This document shows positions 18,316 through 29,431 of a stretch of DNA of 64,000 bases, one piece after another (positions within the stretch are counted from its first letter, which is position 1; every line of letters begins with the position of its first letter). Both the position numbers and the translations under genes were made by a program. Origin of the DNA: a virus (taxonomy: Duplodnaviria > Caudoviricetes); the IMG/VR virus record IMGVR_UViG_3300027710_000022, positions 1 through 64,000 of that record; one strand, 5' to 3'. Under the pieces are notes generated by a model. It was not told the origin of the DNA. It worked only from the letters and a program-made list of their open reading frames with translations, and did not search any database.

Positions 18316-18924
18316 ATGAAAATAGTATTAACCGAAAATCAATACAAATCTGTTATTCTTGAAGAAACGAATGGTATTGACTCATTTATTGGTGAGTTGT
18401 TAACCGCTTACCCAAGATTGGAGTCTCATATTGATTTAGTTAAGAAATTCATAGAAGAATCAAATTGTCAAAATATTGAATTTGGTACCTTTAAGTTACC
18501 TGCCGCTGGTATATCATTACACAACAAAGTTGTTATCAATAATAAAGTATTAAAATACACATTAGAAAATACCCTATTTGTTATTTTCCATGAAGTTGCT
18601 CATCAATACCAATACAAGAAATATGGTTCAGATATGATGCACAGATTTTATGTTGGGGAGGTTGATATGGATGAAGCTGTTAGATTTTTAAAATATACGG
18701 AAAATGTTGCGGATCAATTTGGGTTGAGAAAGTGTAGAGAATTTGTTAAATTAGGCTTATTAACCAAGGAATACATTCCCAAAATGGGCGGATATGATAA
18801 TTTTAGTGATATGATGTTCGTGAACTATCTTAACATACTTAGGGATAAAATAAAAGAAAGTGGTGAAACGGATGATGAAAAAATAAGTGAGTCTCTTTAT
18901 AACTGGGCGATTGTAAAATTATAA
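18316..18924 (+). CDS. Leader-bearing zincin-like (HExxH) protein
   Basis: MKIVLTENQY leader; IFHEVAHQYQY. Confidence 0.65.
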   Translation: MKIVLTENQYKSVILEETNGIDSFIGELLTAYPRLESHIDLVKKFIEESNCQNIEFGTFKLPAAGISLHNKVVINNKVLKYTLENTLFVIFHEVAHQYQYKKYGSDMMHRFYVGEVDMDEAVRFLKYTENVADQFGLRKCREFVKLGLLTKEYIPKMGGYDNFSDMMFVNYLNILRDKIKESGETDDEKISESLYNWAIVKL

Positions 18925-18925
18925 C

Positions 18926-19276
18926 ATGAAAATAGTATTAACAGAATCACAATTAAAGTGTATTATTGAATCTGAGAAAAACGGAGTTATACATTGTGAC
19001 GGTTGTGGGTGGGAATGGAAGAAATCAGATGGGGGAAAAGATATATATGTGTGTCATAAATGTGGACATGACAATGAGAAATTAAATGAAGATGATGGTG
19101 AGGAAAGAAAAGATGTTTACAGTTCTTTAACTGACAAACAAATTAAAAGTATTGATGATTTAAACAAGGACGCAAAATTCTTGAAATGTAAGGCGTGTAG
19201 AAAATTATACACCCAAACAACGTACAAAAAGAAAAAATCGTTACCCATTTGTCCTTGGTGCGGGAAACATAATTAA
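18926..19276 (+). CDS. Leader-bearing double zinc-ribbon protein
   Basis: CDGC/CHKC and CKAC/CPWC pairs. Confidence 0.7.
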   Translation: MKIVLTESQLKCIIESEKNGVIHCDGCGWEWKKSDGGKDIYVCHKCGHDNEKLNEDDGEERKDVYSSLTDKQIKSIDDLNKDAKFLKCKACRKLYTQTTYKKKKSLPICPWCGKHN

Positions 19277-19312
19277 TAACAATTAGGTATTTATATAACA
19301 AAGATAGTCCAA

Positions 19313-20581
19313 ATGAAGAAAATAATAGTGACAGAAAATCAAGCAAGAGTAATTGTTAATCATTTTATTAATGAACAAAATGAGATAAAAACAGAAGGGA
19401 TTACTGTTGACTTTGGAGCTGTTTGGCCTATGGGTAAATGGAAACTAACTAATGAGCAGATAACACAGATTACTCAAAAGGCAATACAAATAACCAATTT
19501 TATAACTAAACATAAGGGTAGTAAAATAACAATTCAAATAGAAGCCGGAGAAAGTCAAATTACAAATAAAGATAATGAAGTGTCACCACCAGTTGAATTA
19601 GCACAAGGAGTATTATCACAAAAAAGGGGTGAGTCTATGGTAAATTTCTTAAAAAATTATTTCCAATCATTGGTAGGTAAGACTATAACACAAAATGAAT
19701 TACCAAACATTCCTGAACCTAAAACAATAATTGGTACAACTCCATATAAAAAGGGTGACATTACAGATCCTAAAACAGGTAAAGTAGACCCACAGAAGGC
19801 TGCTGTTTATCAAAATGAACAATTTGTTAGAGCGGTGATTACTGCATCAAAAGATTACGAATGTCTTGTGGGTATGGAAATTACCATTGGATACTATCAG
19901 GGTCAAAATAAAGCGAATCACGAATGTGATGAGGCTATTTTTGATTTAAGAATGAACGGAATATCGTTAGGTGTGGTTAATTTAAATAACTCAAGTTTAG
20001 ATATGGGAACTGATTATGCAAAAAATAATCTTCAAAGAAAACAAACGAATTACGAAAAAACAGTATCAGAATTTGAAAGGTTGCTTGCTGCCGGAACATA
20101 TAAAGAAAGGGATAGAAAAAAATACGTTCCAGAACAACCAACAATCGCTTGGCCGCAATCATTTAGGTTACAGGCATCTAAACTTGGATATAAAACAGTA
20201 GAACCGTTTGTTGAGGCTTTACAAACAATTAATGACTCTTTTAAACAATATGGTAGAAAAAGTGATGGTAAAAGTGGTGGAAACAGATCTCAAACTTTTA
20301 TACTAGACGGAGCAAAGGCTAAAACTATAATTGATAATTCACCTTCGGATAAAATAGTTTTATCTATCGTCCCATTGGTAACAAAAGATGGTAATTACAA
20401 AATATTTTATCAGACGGGTACACACGCAGACACTCCATGGGTAACTATTAAAAGTAAAACGTCCCCTGACCCACTATTTAACGGGGAACCAAACGTGGGT
20501 ATGGGTAGGGGTAGTACAAAGGAGACAATTCTTTTACAAACTGACCTATGCGGTAACCCAATTACTAAACCCCAACCTTAA
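19313..20581 (+). CDS. Leader-bearing protein with a divergent OmpA-C-like domain
   Basis: MKKIIVTENQ leader; ITIQIEAGES...N....LSQKRGESMVNFL resembles an OmpA-like peptidoglycan-binding domain. Confidence 0.55.
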   Translation: MKKIIVTENQARVIVNHFINEQNEIKTEGITVDFGAVWPMGKWKLTNEQITQITQKAIQITNFITKHKGSKITIQIEAGESQITNKDNEVSPPVELAQGVLSQKRGESMVNFLKNYFQSLVGKTITQNELPNIPEPKTIIGTTPYKKGDITDPKTGKVDPQKAAVYQNEQFVRAVITASKDYECLVGMEITIGYYQGQNKANHECDEAIFDLRMNGISLGVVNLNNSSLDMGTDYAKNNLQRKQTNYEKTVSEFERLLAAGTYKERDRKKYVPEQPTIAWPQSFRLQASKLGYKTVEPFVEALQTINDSFKQYGRKSDGKSGGNRSQTFILDGAKAKTIIDNSPSDKIVLSIVPLVTKDGNYKIFYQTGTHADTPWVTIKSKTSPDPLFNGEPNVGMGRGSTKETILLQTDLCGNPITKPQP

Positions 20582-20757
20582 TTATCGGGTGAGTAGTTTT
20601 TAACAAAATTAATTGTGTGATTATAAAGAAGTGAGTCGTACTCTTTTTTTGTGACCATTTTATTTTCCCAAACATGTGTTTTTTTTGTTACAATTTTTTG
20701 TTGTGAACACCCACATGTTACCATGATAAGAATCATAACCATTATAATATTTCTCAT
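20578..20757 (-). CDS. 59-aa putative lipoprotein
   Basis: Manual translation MRNIIMVMILIMVTCGCSQQKIVTKK...; lipobox-like Cys. Confidence 0.5.
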   Translation of the reverse strand: MRNIIMVMILIMVTCGCSQQKIVTKKTHVWENKMVTKKEYDSLLYNHTINFVKNYSPDN

Positions 20758-20852
20758 ATTGTAATTTTTTACAAAACTAATATTATTTTCTTAATTCTAC
20801 AAATTTTTTTGGAATATTTATAAATAAATAAACATTTAATCAAACACAAAAT

Positions 20853-21695
20853 ATGTTATTAAAATTAGGATCAGAAGGGGAAGACGTTAAAAAACTACAA
20901 GTTAAATTAGGCGTTGACCCAATCGGTAAATTTGGACCAAAAACTGAAGCTGCCGTTAAATCTTGGCAATCTTCCAATGGATTAACAGCAGATGGTATTG
21001 TTGGTGATGGTACTTGGGGTAAATTATTTGCTGAGGGTACAGTATCTGCACCTACGGTAATTACTGAACCAGCACCTATTGCCAGTGTAGGGGGATTAAA
21101 ATTAGAAAAATTAAAGGGACATATTCCCGATTCAGTTATTAAAATGATACCCGACACTGCGGCTAAATTTCAAATTAACACACCATTAAGACTTGCACAT
21201 TTCTTGGCTCAATGTGGTCACGAATCAGGAGGGTTTAGAGCAACAAAAGAAAATTTAAATTATTCCGCTAAAGGATTAGTTGGCACATTTAAGAAGTACT
21301 TCCCTACTGAGGCAGCCGCGAAACCATACGAAAGACAACCTACTAAGATTGCAAATAAAGTTTATGGAAATAGAATGGGTAATGGCCCTGAATCATCAGG
21401 TGAAGGTGCAAAATTCTGTGGTCGTGGTTACATCCAATTAACTGGTAAAGAAAACTACACTGCATTTGGTAAATCAATCAATGAAGACATTTTATCAAAT
21501 CCTGATAAAGTTGCTTCGGATTATGCGTTATTATCAGCGGCTTGGTTCTTCTCAAAGAACGGTCTACATAAAATGGCAGATGGTGGAGCAACCGATGCTG
21601 TCGTTACTTCAATTACAAAAAGAGTAAATGGTGGAACTATCGGATTAGCTGATAGAATTAAACACTTTAAAGAATACTATTCGTTATTATCATAA
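20853..21695 (+). CDS. Modular endolysin: peptidoglycan-binding domain plus GH19 catalytic domain
   Basis: VKKLQ..LG...G.FGPKTE.AVK.WQ...GL.ADGIVG..TW; RLAHFLAQCGHESGGF; GRGYIQLTGK.NY; VNGG..GL.DR. Confidence 0.9.
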   Translation: MLLKLGSEGEDVKKLQVKLGVDPIGKFGPKTEAAVKSWQSSNGLTADGIVGDGTWGKLFAEGTVSAPTVITEPAPIASVGGLKLEKLKGHIPDSVIKMIPDTAAKFQINTPLRLAHFLAQCGHESGGFRATKENLNYSAKGLVGTFKKYFPTEAAAKPYERQPTKIANKVYGNRMGNGPESSGEGAKFCGRGYIQLTGKENYTAFGKSINEDILSNPDKVASDYALLSAAWFFSKNGLHKMADGGATDAVVTSITKRVNGGTIGLADRIKHFKEYYSLLS

Positions 21696-21697
21696 AT

Positions 21698-21726
21698 AAA
21701 AAAAGGGACTTAACGTCCCTTTTTTT
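21698..21726. terminator. Bidirectional intrinsic terminator
   Basis: A-run AGGGAC TTAAC GTCCCT T-run between convergent genes. Confidence 0.8.
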
Positions 21727-23491
21727 ATATCTCTTCTTGACCATCCTGTTGGGGTTCTTGTGGTACCTCAGGATTAGGTTGTTGTACTTTTTCTTTTTTC
21801 TTCTTAGGAGGTAATCCGTGTTGAATGTCACCGTATTTTCCACCCTCATAACCAACCATAGTCGGTACTCTTTTTCCTTCGATTACGGTTAATCTATGAG
21901 ACAAATCTTCATCCCACATTTGTTTACTAACTAAATAACCTAACGCTTCACCACCATCGGATAATGTTGGATTATCAATTATTACATAGAAAGCATCTCC
22001 ATTATCTGCAGAATAAGATTTAACGGCATATCTCTTACCTTGTTCATCTTCAGTTCTCATCATTTTTTCTTCTGAGAATCTATCATTATACTCTATCTTA
22101 GTTGTACCGTCCATTACCCATTCAAATGAACTGATGTGATAGATACCAAATAAGTGAGAAGATTTACTTTGGTAAATTCTATAGTTGTCATCCTTCTGTC
22201 CTTTTCTAACAAGAACATAGTCTTTTTGCATGAAATCATTAACAAGATATTCAATACCTGGCTTCCCAATTTGTTTTAATTTCCTATCTAATTTTTCACG
22301 ATATGGATAATCAGGAGGACTTGTTTTTAATATTGCGGTTAATAATTTACTATTTGAAATTCTTGATGTTGCATCATGTAATTGCATCATCGTAATATAA
22401 GTCGTCTTTAATTCTGGTGTCATTGCATTCCAAGAATCGACTTCTTTAATTTTACCACCTACAGCAATATATTCTGTCATTCTCTGTGGTGTTTGTGCTG
22501 AAAATTCATTTGGATCACCAGGAGTTTCATTGATAACGTCCGTAACCTTTGCAGATTCTAATTCTTCTTGAGATAATGCTCTCCATTCAAATTTATCTCT
22601 TTCACCATCTAATTGTGGCCAAGTACTAACAATAAAATCCCAACTCTTGGTTTCATCTCCATCATTAAACATTGAACTTACAGTATAAGAACCGTAGTTG
22701 TTTATTTGGATTGCTGCCATATGAAATCTAGCCTCATTGGTATCATCACTTAAATAATTTCTATTATCATCAATAAGGAAATAGAATGTTTTCTTATCAC
22801 TTCTTCTGTAGTAACCGTATTGATTGGTACCATTACCGTAAAGATAGTTTCCTTCATCGTCAGTAATTCTAACATCTCCCCTCCATGTAACACACCAAGG
22901 TGAATTTATTCTACCGTTTCTTCTAAATTTAATGTACTGGTCTCTGTGTAAAGATTGGTAGTAATAACCCATCCTTTTTGCATGAGTCTCACTTAATACT
23001 TTATATACTCTTACACCACCTTTATTTATAATGCAATTCTCATCACTAAACCACATTGGTTTCGACGCCTCAATTTTTGCTACGTTTGGTTGGTTACCGT
23101 CTGACGCAAATATTGCATCAAGTTTAGCCTTTTCATCCTCAACATCGTTTTCCTTTTCTTCACCACCCATTTCAAATTTACCAAACTCAACTAAAAAAGA
23201 AACTAAGTCTTTAAATTTAAAAACTTGTATTTGTTTTAAATCATTTAATGAATATTTCTGTTTGTCCGGAAATCTACCGTCGTGTCTTTTTAAAAATCTT
23301 AAGACACCTGAATTCTCAATAGAAATTTGATTTTTAATGTTGGTGTGTCTATTAAAGACCTTTTCTCCTTGCTCGTCTGTTAACTCGGGAACCTCAGTTC
23401 TCCATTTAGTCATTAGTTCATTGAAAAAGGTTTTTTGATTTGCTTTTATCTCCTCAAAAACCATATCAAATATTAAATCATTAATCTTCAT
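21725..23491 (-). CDS. Large leader-bearing hypothetical phage protein
   Basis: 588 aa; MKINDLIFDMVFEE; SPWCVT...FYFLID motif; TATTTATA upstream. Confidence 0.75.
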   Translation of the reverse strand: MKINDLIFDMVFEEIKANQKTFFNELMTKWRTEVPELTDEQGEKVFNRHTNIKNQISIENSGVLRFLKRHDGRFPDKQKYSLNDLKQIQVFKFKDLVSFLVEFGKFEMGGEEKENDVEDEKAKLDAIFASDGNQPNVAKIEASKPMWFSDENCIINKGGVRVYKVLSETHAKRMGYYYQSLHRDQYIKFRRNGRINSPWCVTWRGDVRITDDEGNYLYGNGTNQYGYYRRSDKKTFYFLIDDNRNYLSDDTNEARFHMAAIQINNYGSYTVSSMFNDGDETKSWDFIVSTWPQLDGERDKFEWRALSQEELESAKVTDVINETPGDPNEFSAQTPQRMTEYIAVGGKIKEVDSWNAMTPELKTTYITMMQLHDATSRISNSKLLTAILKTSPPDYPYREKLDRKLKQIGKPGIEYLVNDFMQKDYVLVRKGQKDDNYRIYQSKSSHLFGIYHISSFEWVMDGTTKIEYNDRFSEEKMMRTEDEQGKRYAVKSYSADNGDAFYVIIDNPTLSDGGEALGYLVSKQMWDEDLSHRLTVIEGKRVPTMVGYEGGKYGDIQHGLPPKKKKEKVQQPNPEVPQEPQQDGQEEI

Positions 23492-23542
23492 AGTATATAA
23501 ATATCCTATAAATATCTTTTTTTAGTGTTAAAATCAAGACAT

Positions 23543-23884
23543 TTATTGGGTTAATTGAGATTCCGATTTAATATATGTTTGTTTTAAGTTATCCAATTCA
23601 TCTAAAATAGATTTACACATCTTTTCGATCATTAGTATTTTCATAAAGTTATCCGCATTGGATTTATCAAACTCAGAATTGTAGTTATTTAAAAGAACCA
23701 TTTTCATGAGATTATCGTTCTCTGATTTTAACGTTCTTTCCTTTTTTCTTTGGAAATACTTCTTAGAATTTTCACGGGTACACTCAATACAGTAATTGCT
23801 ATGACCGTCCAAAACTAATTTGTTTTTGTAAAAATTGTCAAGGGTTTTAGGTGTTTTACAACCCGAACATTTCTTTTCGTTCAT
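23543..23884 (-). CDS. Zn-binding protein resembling an HNH endonuclease N-terminal domain, no nuclease motif seen
   Basis: KKCSGC..PK..DNFY......DG....CIEC. Confidence 0.6.
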   Translation of the reverse strand: MNEKKCSGCKTPKTLDNFYKNKLVLDGHSNYCIECTRENSKKYFQRKKERTLKSENDNLMKMVLLNNYNSEFDKSNADNFMKILMIEKMCKSILDELDNLKQTYIKSESQLTQ

Positions 23885-23980
23885 CTTTTTATTGGTTTAT
23901 TTATGATGCAAAAGTATGTATATTAAAAAAGATTACCAAATATTCTAAAAAATATTTGTGTATAACTAAAATTACGTTAT

Positions 23981-24547
23981 ATGGGAGAACCGATACTAAA
24001 AATAGGATATTACTCAATTTATCAAATAAAGACAGCTAGAGGGGTAAAATATAAAGTTGATAGTGGTAAGACCATATACATCGAAAGGTTCAAAAAATTC
24101 ATCATTAACCCCTATAGAGACACTAAAGAGTTCACTTCTCTTGATAAGGCTAAAGAATATGTGGGTCTTAAATTAGTAAAAAGAGGTCAAGAAAAAAAGA
24201 AAAAAATTGATAAATTACCGAAATCTTTGTATTTGGTGTTAATTAAAGAAGAGTCGACAGGTAAGACATTTGTTAAGGTTGGTATAACATCTAAACGATT
24301 CATAATGAGACGTTTTAGTAAAGCATATGGATATGAAGGTTATATTGTTGAGACGATATTAAGAAGAATAGATACACCTAACGCCGAAAAATTAGAAGAT
24401 GATATTAAAGAAAAACTTAATAAAAAAAAATCTGTAAAAAAATACAGACCAATTTTAGAATCTTTTTCAGGTTATTCTGAATGTTTTAATTATGATGGAT
24501 TAGACGAAATTGTTAAAATTTTCGATGAACTAACAAAAAATTGTTAG
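23981..24547 (+). CDS. GIY-YIG superfamily (T5orf172-like) nuclease
   Basis: LYLVLI...FVKVGITS...RRF...AEKLE..I...GYSECF. Confidence 0.65.
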   Translation: MGEPILKIGYYSIYQIKTARGVKYKVDSGKTIYIERFKKFIINPYRDTKEFTSLDKAKEYVGLKLVKRGQEKKKKIDKLPKSLYLVLIKEESTGKTFVKVGITSKRFIMRRFSKAYGYEGYIVETILRRIDTPNAEKLEDDIKEKLNKKKSVKKYRPILESFSGYSECFNYDGLDEIVKIFDELTKNC

Positions 24548-24990
24548 TCCCAAGCAAAATCTAAAGACAATTTACCGTTATCGTTTTTGACAGTTAATCC
24601 ACCATTTGCAATTGCAAGATGTGAATCGGCACCAACAACACCAAAAACTAATGTTGCTCCGTTGTTTAAACTGATAACCGTTTCATTATCGAATTGTTTA
24701 CCCTTGGCATTCTTATCAATAGGGGTACCTCCAATTGAACCTACAACTGATGGTGATTTATAATTTTTATTATAAACATCTGAATTAGAAACGTCTGAAC
24801 GGAATCCTAAAACCACTAATTTAACTTTTTGTGTTTTTAAACGTTTTATAATATCAATGTTACCTTGTGTTGTAGTTGCAGTTTTAATTGTTCCCGAAAC
24901 TTTAGACACCGTCTTTGGGGACATTTGTTCACTTAATTGTGAATCTATAATTTTTTTTAACTGACCTTCTGTGAATATATATTTTTTCAT
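24544..24990 (-). CDS. Leader-bearing hypothetical protein
   Basis: MKKYIFTEGQLKKII..QLSEQ. Confidence 0.7.
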   Translation of the reverse strand: MKKYIFTEGQLKKIIDSQLSEQMSPKTVSKVSGTIKTATTTQGNIDIIKRLKTQKVKLVVLGFRSDVSNSDVYNKNYKSPSVVGSIGGTPIDKNAKGKQFDNETVISLNNGATLVFGVVGADSHLAIANGGLTVKNDNGKLSLDFAWD

Positions 24991-24991
24991 A

Positions 24992-25291
24992 TTACTTAGC
25001 TCTTGGAGTTTTTTTGTTTAACGTTTCGTTTTCTTTGGTTAGATACTCAACTTTAACACTTAATGCGGCGACTTCTCTAGTCAATGTTAAAACCATTGAT
25101 CTTAAGTCATCTTTTTCTCTTGATGCGGATTCTAATAATCCCTCTAATTTAGAAATTCTATCTTTACAATCGTGGCGAATGAAATCTTCATCTCTTTCTT
25201 TGTGTAACGCTCGCCTTTCGTAATATCTCCAAGCTCCTGTACCACCTAAAACCGTCACCGCAGTTATCAAAACTGAATAAATGTTCTCCAT
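24992..25291 (-). CDS. Single-TM plus coiled-coil membrane protein (holin/antiholin-like topology)
   Basis: IYSVLITAVTVLGGTGAW followed by heptad repeats. Confidence 0.55.
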   Translation of the reverse strand: MENIYSVLITAVTVLGGTGAWRYYERRALHKERDEDFIRHDCKDRISKLEGLLESASREKDDLRSMVLTLTREVAALSVKVEYLTKENETLNKKTPRAK

Positions 25292-25525
25292 ATTGTTATA
25301 AATAGTGTAATACAAAATAAAAATTTAAACTTTTTTAATATATCCTATCTATTATCCCAAATTAATTTTTTAATGACAAATAGTCATGTGAAATTTAACC
25401 ATTTTGGGTAACAAGTTCTTATTTATTTGTGTATGGAAAAAAATAATATAATCGATTCCAAACTTTCTTATATGGTTATTTTTCCGTATATTTTACAAAA
25501 CAATAAATTCTTAAACAAAAAACGA

Positions 25526-28500
25526 ATGAAAAAAACAATTCTAAGTTTACTACTTTTATTAGTGGTAGGGTTTTCTGGGTTTGCTCAAGTAACAACCTCG
25601 ACGATTTCCGGTATCGTAAAAACCGAAAAGGGTGAGACATTACCAGGTGCCACCGTTCAAGTAGTACACGTACCAACAGGAACAAAGTACGGAGCAAGTA
25701 CAAATTTATCTGGTAAATATGTGGTTCCTGCAGTGAGAGTAGGTGGACCGTACAAAGTAATAGTATCATTTGTTGGTTTTAATCAAAACGAACAATCAGA
25801 TGTTAATACTTCTCTTGGTGTTACAACAAACGTAGATGTTGTGTTAGTTGAGTCGAGCACATCATTAAAAGAAGTTGTGGTAACAGGTGGAGGTAGAAAT
25901 AGTACTTTCTCAAAAGAAAGAACTGGAGCATCACAACAATTCAGTAGACGAGAATTACAGGCAATTCCAATTACAGGTGCAAGAACTATCGATGGTATCA
26001 CAAAATACAACCCATTCGGTAATGGTTCTTCATTTGGAGCTCAAGATTCTCGTTTGAATAATTTTACAATCGACGGTTCTCAATTTAACAACAACTTCGG
26101 TTTAGGTTCATCAGCACAAGCAGGTGGTAGAACAGGGGCTTCCGCCATATCGTTAGACGCGATTGAGCAATTGCAAGTGAACGTAGCACCATTCGATATT
26201 CGTCAAAGTGGATTTGTTGGTGCAGGTATTAATGCTGTAACAAGAAGTGGTTCAAACGAAATCGAAGGTTCGGTATACCAAACACAAAGAGATAATAGTT
26301 CTCGTTATGTTGGTGACAATGCAAGAGGTACAACGGTAACCGCATCTAAATTTGATGAGAAGGTACAAGGGTTCCGATTAGGAGCACCAATCATTAAGAA
26401 CAAATTGTTCATCTTTGGTAACTATGAATCAATTGATAGAACCGAACCAGGTACAACTTGGATTTCAACAGGTTCTCCTTTAACAGGTTCACAAGTTAGT
26501 AGACCAACTTTCCAACAATTGACTGACCTTTCTAAATTTATGAAAGACAAGTTTAATTATGAAACGGGTCCGTTCGAAGGATATTCTAACACTAACACTT
26601 CCAATAAATTCTTGGTACGTTTAGATTGGAATATTAATGATAAAAATAAATTAACAACTCGTTATGTGTTCCATAATTCAGAAGCACAAATTGGAATTTC
26701 AAATTCACAATCTGCGGGTTTCGGTAATAGAACTCAAAACATCAATGCAATGTCTTTCCAAAATAGTGGATATACTATTCAGGATAACACACGTTCATTG
26801 GTAATGGAATTAAACTCAAAGTTCTCAAACACTTTACATAACAACTTAATTGTTTCATATGATAAACAAATTGAGAATAGAGGTTACATGTCTCAAATGT
26901 TTCCAACGATTGATATTAAAGAGGGTTCAACAACATTAACATCTGTTGGTTTTGACCCTTTCACTCCTGGTAACAAATTAGATTATAATACATTTAACAT
27001 TACAAACAACTTAACAAAGTACATGGATAAACATACTTTAGTGGGTGGTTTTAACTTTCAAATGTATCAATCAAATAATTTATTCTTTCCAGCTTCTAAT
27101 GGTGTTTACATCTTTAATAGTTTGGCAGATTTCTACACCGCGGCTAATCAATCATTGGCAAATGGTGGTAAACCATCAGCATTCGCACCAGCTCGTTTCC
27201 AATTCCGTTATTCGGCATTACCCGGAGCGATCGAACCAATGCAAACTCTTAAATCTAATAGATTAGATTTGTATTTACAAGATGAATATAATGCAACTAA
27301 AGATTTAGTTTTAACATTTGGTGTTAGAGCGAACATTATTGGATTTGATAATACTGCTTTGGAGAACCCAACAATTACCGCAATGACATTTGCAAATGGT
27401 GAGAAGTTTAATACGGGTACAATGCCAAAAACACAAGTTCTATTAGAACCTCGTTTAGGATTCAACTGGGATGTTAAGGGTGAGAAGAAAACACAAGTAC
27501 GTGGCGGAACAGGTGTATTCACAGGTCGTCCTCCATATGTGTTCTTATCTAACCAAATTGGTAACAATGGTGTGTTAACAGGATTTATCGATGTTAGTGG
27601 AGCCGCAGCTGCACAATACGGATTCACTGCGGACCCTAACAAATACTTTATCCCATCAACCCCAACTTTACCATCAACATTTGACTTGGCGTTAACTGAC
27701 CCTAATTATAAATTTCCACAAGTATGGAAAACAAATTTAGCGGTTGACCAAAAATTACCATTCCTTGGTTTAGTCGGTAGTGTTGAATATTTGTATAATA
27801 AAACAATCAATGCTGTTCATTATTATGAGGCTAACTTACAAAATCCGGTGGGTACATTGGGTGGTGTTGATAATAGACCTCGTTTTGGTGGTACTGATGC
27901 AACAGTTAGAGTAAATAATAGTGTTTCAAGAGCGGCTGTCCTTACAACTAAAGACGGTGCATATCACGAATCATTAACATTGAAATTAGAAAAACCAGTT
28001 CAAAAAGGATTTTGGGGTTCAATTGCTTGGACAACAGCAAACTCAAAAGACTATATGAGTGCGGGTTCAATCGCAAGTGGTTCTTGGCAATCAGCATTAT
28101 CAGTTAATGGTAATAACGATTTAGGATTATCATTCGCAGATGCGTTTGTTAAAAATAGATTTGTTGGTTTATTAGGTTACAGAATTGATTATGGTAAAGG
28201 TTTAGGTGGGGCAACTACATTTACTTTAGGTTATGTGGGACAACAATCTAATCCATTCTCATACATCGCAGCAGGTGACTTAAACGGTGATAGAGTAAAC
28301 AACAACGATTTAATCTTCGTACCTAACAAGGGTTCAGATATCAAATTCGCAAGTTTAACCGCAGGTGGTAAAACATTTACTGAAGCAGAACAACAAGCCG
28401 CATTCGATGCATTTATTGGACAAGATGAATACTTGTCAACTCGTAGAGGTCAATATGCTGAAAGAAATGGTGGATTATTACCATATCTACATAGACTTGA

Positions 28501-28810
28501 TTTCTCAGTTGCACAAGATGTGTTTGTTAAAATTGGAGGTAAAAGAAATTCGTTCCAAATTAGAATGGATATTCTTAACTTTACAAATATGTTGAATAAT
28601 GATTGGGGAGTTTCTCAAAGAGCAACAGCACCTCAATTGTTAAACTTTGTAAGTAGAGATGCTGTTACAAATGTACCAACATATAGATTAGCAACTCAAA
28701 GATTGACAGATGGTTCTACTATTTTAGCTAGAGATTCTTATCAATACAATTCATCAGTATTTGATGTATGGAGTGCTCAATTAGGTATCCGATATATCTT
28801 CGGTAGATAA
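25526..28810 (+). CDS. TonB-dependent receptor, Oar-like, with N-terminal carboxypeptidase-regulatory-like domain
   Basis: Signal peptide; LPGATV...G..YG..T...G.Y....RVGGPY; plug NN.TIDG...NN.FG...SLDAIEQ.QV..APFD.RQSGF.GA.INAVTRSG.N; C-terminal QLGIRYIF. Confidence 0.9.
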   Translation: MKKTILSLLLLLVVGFSGFAQVTTSTISGIVKTEKGETLPGATVQVVHVPTGTKYGASTNLSGKYVVPAVRVGGPYKVIVSFVGFNQNEQSDVNTSLGVTTNVDVVLVESSTSLKEVVVTGGGRNSTFSKERTGASQQFSRRELQAIPITGARTIDGITKYNPFGNGSSFGAQDSRLNNFTIDGSQFNNNFGLGSSAQAGGRTGASAISLDAIEQLQVNVAPFDIRQSGFVGAGINAVTRSGSNEIEGSVYQTQRDNSSRYVGDNARGTTVTASKFDEKVQGFRLGAPIIKNKLFIFGNYESIDRTEPGTTWISTGSPLTGSQVSRPTFQQLTDLSKFMKDKFNYETGPFEGYSNTNTSNKFLVRLDWNINDKNKLTTRYVFHNSEAQIGISNSQSAGFGNRTQNINAMSFQNSGYTIQDNTRSLVMELNSKFSNTLHNNLIVSYDKQIENRGYMSQMFPTIDIKEGSTTLTSVGFDPFTPGNKLDYNTFNITNNLTKYMDKHTLVGGFNFQMYQSNNLFFPASNGVYIFNSLADFYTAANQSLANGGKPSAFAPARFQFRYSALPGAIEPMQTLKSNRLDLYLQDEYNATKDLVLTFGVRANIIGFDNTALENPTITAMTFANGEKFNTGTMPKTQVLLEPRLGFNWDVKGEKKTQVRGGTGVFTGRPPYVFLSNQIGNNGVLTGFIDVSGAAAAQYGFTADPNKYFIPSTPTLPSTFDLALTDPNYKFPQVWKTNLAVDQKLPFLGLVGSVEYLYNKTINAVHYYEANLQNPVGTLGGVDNRPRFGGTDATVRVNNSVSRAAVLTTKDGAYHESLTLKLEKPVQKGFWGSIAWTTANSKDYMSAGSIASGSWQSALSVNGNNDLGLSFADAFVKNRFVGLLGYRIDYGKGLGGATTFTLGYVGQQSNPFSYIAAGDLNGDRVNNNDLIFVPNKGSDIKFASLTAGGKTFTEAEQQAAFDAFIGQDEYLSTRRGQYAERNGGLLPYLHRLDFSVAQDVFVKIGGKRNSFQIRMDILNFTNMLNNDWGVSQRATAPQLLNFVSRDAVTNVPTYRLATQRLTDGSTILARDSYQYNSSVFDVWSAQLGIRYIFGR

Positions 28811-28820
28811 TTTAAATTAT

Positions 28821-28861
28821 AAAAAAGAATGGGGAGATGTTTTTACATTCTCCCCTTTTTT
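28821..28861 (+). terminator. Intrinsic terminator
   Basis: GGGGAGATGT TTTT ACATTCTCCCC followed by a T-run. Confidence 0.75.
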
Positions 28862-28879
28862 ATGTATATTATGTGAGAT

Positions 28880-29431
28880 ATGAGCAAGATAATTAATTTT
28901 TTCGGTGGTCCGGGTATCGGTAAATCCACACAAGCATCTGGTTTATTTACCGAGATGAAAAAACGCCACATGAGTGTTGAATATACATATGAGTTCCCAA
29001 AAGAGGTGGCTTGGGAAGGTAATATATCCCAATTAAGGGATCAGTTCTTTATAACCGCAAATCAACATAGAAACATTAGTCGTCTTTATGGTAAGGTTGA
29101 TTATATAATTGTCGATTCACCGATTATTCTTGGTTGCTTTTATGAACAAAGATATGGTGATGGTTATCCAGCATCATTTTATGGAATGACAGGTTTAGGT
29201 AACTTTATATGGAAGTTGTTTAAACAATATGAAAATATAAACATAATCTTAAAGAGAAATAATGAAACATATGACCCTAACGGTAGGATACAAGATTTAC
29301 GAGAGGCTGAAGAAATTGATAAAGATATTAAACTCACATTGGACATTAATAATATACCTTATAGTGAATTTTCTGTTCATAATGACACTCCTTTGGAGAT
29401 TTACAACTATTTAATAGAAAACAATTTATGA
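28880..29431 (+). CDS. P-loop NTPase / NadR-type (AAA_28) nucleotide kinase-like protein
   Basis: IINFFGGPGIGKST Walker A; YIIVDSP. Confidence 0.75.
   Translation: MSKIINFFGGPGIGKSTQASGLFTEMKKRHMSVEYTYEFPKEVAWEGNISQLRDQFFITANQHRNISRLYGKVDYIIVDSPIILGCFYEQRYGDGYPASFYGMTGLGNFIWKLFKQYENINIILKRNNETYDPNGRIQDLREAEEIDKDIKLTLDINNIPYSEFSVHNDTPLEIYNYLIENNL

Noticed and set aside
25476-28595. Antisense and alternate-frame track ORFs inside the receptor, GT and envelope genes
   Set aside because: Shadow ORFs of long genuine CDSs; no independent start signals
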